Assembly (NCBI RefSeq): GCF_900604485.1
Contig: NZ_UWOP01000001.1
Location: forward strand, 1,544,369 to 1,568,368
Source: Enterococcus mediterraneensis
GTDB lineage: Bacteria > Bacillota > Bacilli > Lactobacillales > Enterococcaceae
DNA length: 24,000 bases
Direction of reading: 5' to 3'
Of this stretch, positions 7,757 through 13,730 are shown one piece after another. Both the position numbers and the translations under genes were made by a program. Below the pieces are notes generated by a model. The model was not told the DNA's origin and searched no databases. It saw only the letters and a list, made by a program, of their open reading frames with translations. The first letter of the stretch is position 1. Each line of letters starts with the position of its first letter.

Positions 7757-9112
7757 ATGCAAGTATTTCTTAATTGGTTAGAAAGAGTTTTGACACCATT
7801 AGCGAAAGTGATTGGTGAGAACAAGTATCTTGTAGCAATTAGAGATGGTTTTTTACTATCGACACCTTTGTTAATTGTAGGTTCTCTTTTCTTAGTCATT
7901 ACAAATTTTCCGATTCCCCAGTGGAATGATTGGATGAGTGCTATTCTAGGAGACAACTGGGCGAGTATGTTGTCTGTTCCGGCAAGTGCTAGTTTTGATG
8001 TAATGACAATTTTAGCTGTGGCGGGTATTGCTTACAGCTTAGGAAAACAGTTTCACGTTGATGCTATGCAAGCAGCAATTATTTCTCTTGTATCATTCTT
8101 TATTGTGACACCTTATACAACACTGTTCACCCCTGAAGGAAGCCAAGAAATTTATGAAGTTAGCAGCTTGCCTTTACGATGGATGGGATCTAGCGGTTTA
8201 TTTTTAGGGATGGTCGTAGCGTTGATTTCGACTCGTTTATTTGTTGCTATTTTACGTAAAGGTTGGACGATAAAGATGCCGGAGGGGGTTCCACCGACTG
8301 TAGTCAAATCTTTTGAAGCACTGATTCCAAGCTTTATCGTTGTTTGCTTGATGTGCGTATTGAACTGGTTAGCACACTTGACTCCGCTGAATAATTTACA
8401 AGAGATTTTATTTAAGTTCTTACAAACACCTTTGCTGAGTCTCGGTAATACTTTGGGAGCGATGATCATTGCATATCTCTTCTTACATTTTTTCTGGTTT
8501 TTTGGTATTAATGGTTCAAGTGTTGTAGGAGCGGTATTTAATCCAGTTTTACGGGCACTTTCAGTAGAAAATTTAGATGCTTTTAAATCAGGAAATGATA
8601 TTCCAAATATTATCACTGGACAATTCCAAGATATGTTTGCCACGTTTGGTGGAGGCGGTTCCACGTTATCATTGATTATCGTTATGGTCATTTTTTGTAA
8701 AAGTCAACGGATCAAAAAATTATCTCAGCTTTCATTAGTTCCTGGTATCTTCGGCATCAATGAACCAATTATTTTTGGATTGCCTATTGTCTTAAATCCG
8801 ATTATACTTGTTCCATTTGTTTTAGTTCCAACGATCAATATTATTATTTCTTATTTTGCCATGAGTTGGGGGTTAGTGAATTACACCAATGGAATTCAGT
8901 TGCCATGGACTACACCGCCGATTATTTCGGGATTATTAGTTAGTGGTTGGCAAGCAGCAGTACTTCAGGCAATTCTGATTCCTTTAGGGATGCTGATTTA
9001 CTATCCATTTATAAAGGTTATGGATGATCAATATATCAAAGAAGAGAAAGAAGCTTCGGAAAAAGTTGAAGAAGAAATTAATTTTGATGACTTCAACTTT
9101 GATGAATTATAG
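7757..9112 (+). CDS. PTS EIIC permease, lactose/cellobiose (Lac) family
   Basis: Polytopic membrane protein with IKMPEGVPPTV and GINEPIIFGLPIVLNP motifs. SD is TAAGGAGG. It has an acidic C-terminal tail. Confidence 0.95.
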   Translation: MQVFLNWLERVLTPLAKVIGENKYLVAIRDGFLLSTPLLIVGSLFLVITNFPIPQWNDWMSAILGDNWASMLSVPASASFDVMTILAVAGIAYSLGKQFHVDAMQAAIISLVSFFIVTPYTTLFTPEGSQEIYEVSSLPLRWMGSSGLFLGMVVALISTRLFVAILRKGWTIKMPEGVPPTVVKSFEALIPSFIVVCLMCVLNWLAHLTPLNNLQEILFKFLQTPLLSLGNTLGAMIIAYLFLHFFWFFGINGSSVVGAVFNPVLRALSVENLDAFKSGNDIPNIITGQFQDMFATFGGGGSTLSLIIVMVIFCKSQRIKKLSQLSLVPGIFGINEPIIFGLPIVLNPIILVPFVLVPTINIIISYFAMSWGLVNYTNGIQLPWTTPPIISGLLVSGWQAAVLQAILIPLGMLIYYPFIKVMDDQYIKEEKEASEKVEEEINFDDFNFDEL

Positions 9113-9122
9113 AGGAAATATA

Positions 9123-9638
9123 ATGAAAAAAATTGTGCTGATTTTGAATCATGTTCAAGCGGGATTTGGAAGTGACGAAAATTCAACTATGCCGCCTGGT
9201 GGGAAGAATGCCATTATAGGTCCTGGTCAGATATTAAATCCTCTATTTAAAGAGCATGATGCAGAAATAGTTGCCACATTATATTGTGGTGATCAATACT
9301 ATTTGGAAAATTCCCAAGAGGTAAATAAAAAGTTTATCGGTTTCGTAAAGAAAAATGGAATAGATGCTGTTTTATGTGGTCCTGCGATGCATTATCCAAA
9401 ATTTGGTGAGATGGCAGCAAGATTAGCCGCTGCTTTTCAAAAGTATGATGTACCTGCTGTAGCCGCCATGTCTATTGAAAATCCGGCAGTGGCACAATTT
9501 CGTGATCAAATTTGCATAGTCGAGATGCCTAAAAAAGGCGGGATCGGTTTGAATGATTCTTTTAAGCACATGGCTTTGATTACAGCTAAAAAAGCACACA
9601 ATCAAAGTATCGATGAATTTAAAAAATATGTGTTTTAA
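9123..9638 (+). CDS. Stand-alone protein resembling the N-terminal domain of glycine/sarcosine/betaine reductase component B (GrdB-like; no selenocysteine)
   Basis: MKKIVLILNHVQAGFGSDE..PPGG...IIGPG...AEIVATLYCGD.Y...N follows the N-terminal pattern I recall for GrdB proteins. The ORF stops after 171 aa. I placed the start at ATG 9123 behind AGAGGAAAT, not at the tracked 9024, which overlaps the EIIC gene. Confidence 0.65.
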   Translation: MKKIVLILNHVQAGFGSDENSTMPPGGKNAIIGPGQILNPLFKEHDAEIVATLYCGDQYYLENSQEVNKKFIGFVKKNGIDAVLCGPAMHYPKFGEMAARLAAAFQKYDVPAVAAMSIENPAVAQFRDQICIVEMPKKGGIGLNDSFKHMALITAKKAHNQSIDEFKKYVF

Positions 9639-9646
9639 AATTTTGA

Positions 9647-9676
9647 AAACTGTTCATTTCCAAATGAACAGTTTTT
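9647..9676 (+). terminator. Intrinsic terminator ending island 1
   Basis: AAAACTGTTCATTT pairs with AAATGAACAGTTTT and is followed by a T-run. Confidence 0.8.
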
Positions 9677-9728
9677 ATTTTTGTCATCTCAATGTATACT
9701 AGAACTATCTTTTTAAGGCTGGTGTACA

Positions 9729-10328
9729 ATGAAAGAACGTTCTAGAAAAAATCAAATCTTGCAGTTTTTACCGATCGTCGGCTTGCTGTTTTTCTTTGGT
9801 CTGGCGATTTATGGCAAGTATATAGGAATCTTTAGCTCCACGCATTCACTGCAAGTCTTTATTCGCCAGTTTGGTAGTTGCGCAGTATTGGTTTTTATTC
9901 TTTTGCAAGTGATCCAAGTTATCGTGCCGATTTTGCCGGGAGGAATCTCAACAGTCGCTGGATTAGTGCTGTTTGGTCCCTTCCTAGGTATCCTATATAG
10001 CTACATTGGGTTAGTTATCGGTGCCATCATCGGTTTTTTACTGATTCGAAAATATGGGGTCGGGCTAGCCAAACTATTCCTATCTCCTAAGAAATTTCAG
10101 CAATTTCAAAGCATAGTGGAAAATAATCAAAAAACCATCAAGCGTTTCTTGATCATCACGCTCCTTATTCCGTTTGCCCCTGATGACCTAATTTGTTTGG
10201 CTGCAGGATTAACGACGATTTCATTTAAAGATTATTTGAAGATCCTCTTGTTTTTCAAACCATGGTCGATTGCGATCTACGGATTGTTGATGCTGTATTT
10301 GTTTAACAAAGTCGAAGCATTTTTGTGA
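9729..10328 (+). CDS. TVP38/TMEM64 (DedA-related, VTT-domain) membrane protein
   Basis: Five to six hydrophobic segments, with LPGG..S and the FAPDDLICLAAGLT signature typical of the family. Confidence 0.8.
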   Translation: MKERSRKNQILQFLPIVGLLFFFGLAIYGKYIGIFSSTHSLQVFIRQFGSCAVLVFILLQVIQVIVPILPGGISTVAGLVLFGPFLGILYSYIGLVIGAIIGFLLIRKYGVGLAKLFLSPKKFQQFQSIVENNQKTIKRFLIITLLIPFAPDDLICLAAGLTTISFKDYLKILLFFKPWSIAIYGLLMLYLFNKVEAFL

Positions 10329-10354
10329 TCGTTGTATAGTTTCAGACAGATTTT

Positions 10355-10382
10355 TTGCCAAAAAATCATTGTTGGCTATACT
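10355..10382 (+). promoter_or_regulatory. SigmaA promoter for the OsmC-family gene
   Basis: TTGCCA (10355-10360), a 16-nt spacer and TATACT (10377-10382). Confidence 0.5.
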
Positions 10383-10408
10383 TAAAAGAAAAGGCAAGGG
10401 GGAGTATT

Positions 10409-10804
10409 ATGATCGAAAGACATTTAGATTTAGACGCAGATAAAGAAGGAATGTACAGTACAACTCATAAAGGCAATCATGTACGTATCGGGCACGGGGA
10501 TGTTGATATTGCACCAAGCGAATTACTAGCGACTGCGATTTCAGGATGCAGTTATGGTGTATTGCGGACGATTTTAGACAATCGACAAATCACTTATGAT
10601 GATATCCATGTTGACGTTGACTGGTTGATGGAAGATAAAAAACCAAATATCGTCACTGAAGTCAGTGTTCATTTTAAAATCAAAAATCCATCTGCGGATA
10701 TCGAAGTTCTAGGTCGTGCATTGAACCAAACGATTAAAAACTGCACGATTATCCAATCCGTAAAATCAGCGATCAAGATCGATGAAAAACTGACCGTTAT
10801 CTAA
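10409..10804 (+). CDS. OsmC/Ohr-family protein (putative peroxiredoxin-like)
   Basis: About 131 aa with two cysteines in the usual OsmC contexts (AISGCSYGV and IKNCTIIQS). I placed the start at ATG 10409 behind AGGGGGAG rather than at the tracked 10355. Confidence 0.75.
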   Translation: MIERHLDLDADKEGMYSTTHKGNHVRIGHGDVDIAPSELLATAISGCSYGVLRTILDNRQITYDDIHVDVDWLMEDKKPNIVTEVSVHFKIKNPSADIEVLGRALNQTIKNCTIIQSVKSAIKIDEKLTVI

Positions 10805-10913
10805 ACTGACTTGCTACTGCTTATTACACAATATCCATCTTTACATACTGACTGGCTTTAATGATTAAAGAGAAGATGCTGGTTGGAACATCTGCTTCGC
10901 AAAGAAAAATTTA

Positions 10914-10943
10914 TTGGCATATCATTCGGAAATATGGTAGAGT
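10914..10943 (+). promoter_or_regulatory. SigmaA promoter with extended -10, driving the orphan unit below
   Basis: TTGGCA (10914-10919), an 18-nt spacer and TGgTAGAGT (10935-10943). An A/T-rich tract lies upstream. Confidence 0.45.
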
Positions 10944-10949
10944 AAGTGT

Positions 10950-11121
10950 CATGCGATGAGCCGAAAAGGCTAGACTTGTTCTAGTCCTTTCAACCAACGG
11001 CACATGAGCTTGCTCACCTGCCGGATTTGCAGGGTGTCGGAACAGACTTTTGTGGAGAAGGGCTGTTCTGCCAGAGATGGTATTGGACTGAAGCAACGGA
11101 ATATATTCCGTTGCTTTTTTT
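10950..11121 (+). ncRNA. Candidate small RNA or cis-regulatory leader of about 170 nt (family not recognised)
   Basis: It is bounded by the promoter above and a strong terminator. It is hairpin-dense: GCC-GAAAA-GGC, CTAGA-cttgt-TCTAG, GGCAcaTGAGcttgCTCAccTGCC, CCTGC-N7-GCAGG and GAACAG-N18-CTGTTC. No ORF in it has an SD. Confidence 0.4.
11091..11121 (+). terminator. Strong intrinsic terminator
   Basis: AAGCAACGGAA (11091-11101), loop TATA, TTCCGTTGCTT (11106-11116), with a T-run to 11121. Confidence 0.85.
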
Positions 11122-11209
11122 ATTTCAAAAAATTTTGATTTTTATGTTTCACGAGACAGAAAGTATCCATTTAGATAAAAAAATTCATTTTAAGATCATT
11201 GATTTGTTT

Positions 11210-11238
11210 TTGCAAACTGATTTTGTAAATGGTATTCT
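11210..11238 (+). promoter_or_regulatory. SigmaA promoter (extended -10) for the island-2 GntR gene
   Basis: TTGCAA (11210-11215), a 17-nt spacer and TGgTATTCT (11230-11238). It overlaps TGTAAAT, which resembles the TGTAAAC operator half-site at 12046. Confidence 0.5.
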
Positions 11239-11269
11239 GTCCATAATGAATGATGAGAAAGGTGACAGT

Positions 11270-11971
11270 ATGAAAAGAAATCGTGTCCTCTATTTAGAAG
11301 TAGCAGAAAAATTAAAAGCAGATATATTTTCTGGAAAATACCCTGTGGGAACGATGTTGCCGACTGAAACAGAATTAGAGCAGATTTTTGACGTTAGCAA
11401 GATCACTGTGCGTAAAGCAATCGAGTTATTGGCTGCAGACGAGTATGTTGAAAAGAAGAGCGGAAAAGGTACAACCGTTTTAAGTGATCGACCATACAAT
11501 AAATTATCTAAAGCGGCGAGTTTTACACAAATATTAGAAAAGTCCCATCTTACCGTACAAAAAAAGTTACTGGCTCTTGATAAAATGATGCCTGACAGAA
11601 ATTCTCTATTATTTGGATTGTTTGGAAAAGAATGTATCCACTTTCAGCGGATGTACCTTTTAGAAAACCAACCTTATATTCTTTTTGATCATTATTTGCC
11701 TGCTGAATTTTCAGACGTTGACGAAATAGTGTTTGATAAAGAGTCTTTATATCGAATTATTCATCAAAAGGGATTTGAGATCCAATCGTTCTCAGATGAT
11801 TTTGCTGCTGTTCATTTGGATACAGCGCAGCAAGATTTATTGCAAACGAAAGAAACGATCGCGATGCAGCGCATACGCAAGTCGATTGACAGAAGCGGGA
11901 AAGTCGTGGAGTACTCTGAAGCGATTTATAACACTGCCCAACATCCTTACCATATTGAATATGAAGTGTGA
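11270..11971 (+). CDS. GntR-family transcriptional regulator, HutC subfamily
   Basis: wHTH reads MLPTETELEQIFDVSKITVRKAIELLAADEYVEKKSGKGTTV. I placed the start at ATG 11270 behind GAGAAAGGTGA. The tracked 11027 start would run through a terminator and a promoter. Confidence 0.9.
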   Translation: MKRNRVLYLEVAEKLKADIFSGKYPVGTMLPTETELEQIFDVSKITVRKAIELLAADEYVEKKSGKGTTVLSDRPYNKLSKAASFTQILEKSHLTVQKKLLALDKMMPDRNSLLFGLFGKECIHFQRMYLLENQPYILFDHYLPAEFSDVDEIVFDKESLYRIIHQKGFEIQSFSDDFAAVHLDTAQQDLLQTKETIAMQRIRKSIDRSGKVVEYSEAIYNTAQHPYHIEYEV

Positions 11972-12003
11972 TCATTCTATGAAAAAGATGACCACACTTT
12001 TTC

Positions 12004-12067
12004 GAAAAGCGTTTACATTATAATGTTATTATGTTACTATGCAGGTGTAAACATTATAATATTATAA
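12004..12067 (+). promoter_or_regulatory. Island-2 operon promoter with AT-rich palindromic operators and a cre-like box
   Basis: -35 TTTACA (12012-12017), a 17-nt spacer and TGtTACTAT (12032-12040). Palindromes are ACATTATAATGT (12015-12026) and TTATAATATTATAA (12054-12067). ACATTATAAT is a direct repeat at 12015 and 12051. GTTTACA (12011) and TGTAAAC (12046) form an inverted pair. GAAAAGCGTTTACA (12004-12017) matches cre at 12 of 14 positions. Confidence 0.55.
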
Positions 12068-12081
12068 GCGGAGGCGGAAAT

Positions 12082-13419
12082 ATGGACAAATTTGTAGGGG
12101 TCATTGAGCAGAAGATCATGCCTGTTGCAAATAAAATCGGAACACAGCGACACATGACAGCAATCAGAAAAGGGATCATTGCGACAATGCCTTTGACGAT
12201 CGTGGGGTCATTCTTCACCATTTTACTAAACTTTCCAATTGAATCAGTAGCAGCAGTAATCGAACCTTATCGCGAAGTATTAGATATTCCATTTCGTTAT
12301 ACAGTAGGTATTTTGGCATTATACGCGACATTCGGTATTGCTTCATCTTTAGCAAAAAGTTACAGATTGGACTCATTAACTGCAGGTATTTTAGCACTTA
12401 TGTCATTTTTAGTTACAGCTGCACCACCTTTAAGAGTATTAGAAAATGTTGATAATGTTATTGATGCAGGATGTTACATGAATATTGCAAATTTAGGATC
12501 GGGATCTTTATTTGGTTCTATTGTGACTGCCATTATATCTGTTGAGATTTATCGCTTTTTTATTGAGAAAAAAATAACAATAAAAATGCCTGATGGTGTG
12601 CCGCCTGAAGTAAGCAACTCATTTCTAGCATTGATTCCCGGTGCTGTGATTTTGATTTTCTTCTGGGCGATCCGTCATCTTCTGGGATTTGATATCAATG
12701 GCTTTTTGAGTAATCTGTTGATGCCGTTGAAGGATGTTTTGGCCGGCAATAGTTTATTCGGTGGTCTGTTAACTGTATTTTTGATTTGTTTCTTCTGGGT
12801 ATTAGGGATTCACGGACCTGCGATCATGGGACCTGTGATTCGTCCATTCTGGGATATTTCCATTGCGGAAAATATGGATGCTTTTCAAGCCGGAACTAGC
12901 GCGCATAATCTACCTAATATCTTCACTGAACAATTTTTACAATGGTTTGTTTGGATCGGCGGCGCTGGTACAACACTTGCATTAGTCGTCTTGTTCATGT
13001 TTTCAAAATCGAAATATTTAAAGAGTTTAGGTCGGCTATCTATTTTGCCAGGATTGTTCAATATCAATGAACCAGTCATTTTTGGGGCACCGATCGTTAT
13101 GAATCCTGTTTTAGGTATCCCATTTATCGTTGCACCGTTGATTACAACGACACTTTCTTATTTCTTGACGATTTCCGGCGTCGTGCCAATGATGGCGGCA
13201 AGACTTGGTTTTGCAATGCCGGCACCGATCGCAGCATGGATGAGTACAAATTGGAGTGTAGCTGCAGGTATTCTTGTCATTGTCAATTTCTTGATCACTT
13301 TGGGAATCTACTATCCATTCTTCAAAGTATTTGAAAAACAACAACTTGCTCGCGAAGCTGCTGAGCGTGAAGCAGAAGCAGCAGCTGCTTCAGAGAAAAT
13401 CTCTGTCGTTCAAAACTAA
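12082..13419 (+). CDS. PTS EIIC permease, lactose/cellobiose (Lac) family; no cognate EIIB or EIIA nearby
   Basis: MDKFVGVIEQKIMPVANKIG N-terminus, with IKMPDGVPPEV and NINEPVIFGAPIVMNP motifs. I placed the start at ATG 12082, 7 nt after GGAGG (12070-12074), not at the tracked 12031. Confidence 0.95.
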   Translation: MDKFVGVIEQKIMPVANKIGTQRHMTAIRKGIIATMPLTIVGSFFTILLNFPIESVAAVIEPYREVLDIPFRYTVGILALYATFGIASSLAKSYRLDSLTAGILALMSFLVTAAPPLRVLENVDNVIDAGCYMNIANLGSGSLFGSIVTAIISVEIYRFFIEKKITIKMPDGVPPEVSNSFLALIPGAVILIFFWAIRHLLGFDINGFLSNLLMPLKDVLAGNSLFGGLLTVFLICFFWVLGIHGPAIMGPVIRPFWDISIAENMDAFQAGTSAHNLPNIFTEQFLQWFVWIGGAGTTLALVVLFMFSKSKYLKSLGRLSILPGLFNINEPVIFGAPIVMNPVLGIPFIVAPLITTTLSYFLTISGVVPMMAARLGFAMPAPIAAWMSTNWSVAAGILVIVNFLITLGIYYPFFKVFEKQQLAREAAEREAEAAAASEKISVVQN

Positions 13420-13466
13420 GTAAAAGGAGGGAGGATAGTCGTTGTACTATCCTCTTTGGTGATACT

Positions 13467-13730
13467 ATGACATTCGTTTATTTACTGCTTCTCTTTTTTG
13501 GAAGCCACATTTATTTAGAGAAAAAAGGATTGCCGCAGTTCATTGATAATAGTAAATTGCGGTACGTGCTTGTTGGTTCGATCGGTGTGATCATCCTATC
13601 GATCGTTCTTGGAACAGTATTGTGGATCGGCGCATTTTGTGCAATGACAGCTACGGTTTTATCAAGTTCGATCATTGCCTATAAATTCCGATCAAAATTC
13701 GAAAAGATGGAACGAGGGAAAAGTGTATGA
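13467..13730 (+). CDS. Small hydrophobic protein (87 aa, 2-3 predicted TM segments), function unknown
   Basis: The ORF is flanked on both sides by operon genes. Its stop overlaps the next start (ATGA at 13727-13730). The SD is weak (GGTGA). Its hydrophobic character is clear. Confidence 0.45.
   Translation: MTFVYLLLLFFGSHIYLEKKGLPQFIDNSKLRYVLVGSIGVIILSIVLGTVLWIGAFCAMTATVLSSSIIAYKFRSKFEKMERGKSV

Noticed and set aside
8152-8691. 179-aa ORF on the minus strand inside the island-1 EIIC gene
   Set aside because: It lies entirely antisense to a CDS with clear family motifs. It has no SD, and its Lys/Pro/Ile-rich composition is typical of a shadow frame in an AT-rich membrane-protein gene.
10953-10976. 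Hammerhead-ribozyme-like string GCGAUGAG-CC-GAAAA-GG-CUAGAC
   Set aside because: It resembles CUGAUGA-stemII-GAAA. However, the conserved CU before GAUGA is GC here, and the essential GAAA after stem II is UAGA. The catalytic core is not intact.
10911-11096. 61-aa minus-strand ORF in the OsmC-GntR intergenic region
   Set aside because: It has no SD and coincides with the hairpin-rich candidate sRNA on the + strand. An open frame of this length by chance is plausible.
11027-11269. N-terminal extension of the island-2 GntR ORF (tracked start 11027)
   Set aside because: The extension would be translated through a strong terminator (11091-11121) and a promoter (11210-11238). The wHTH domain begins right after ATG 11270, which has a proper SD.
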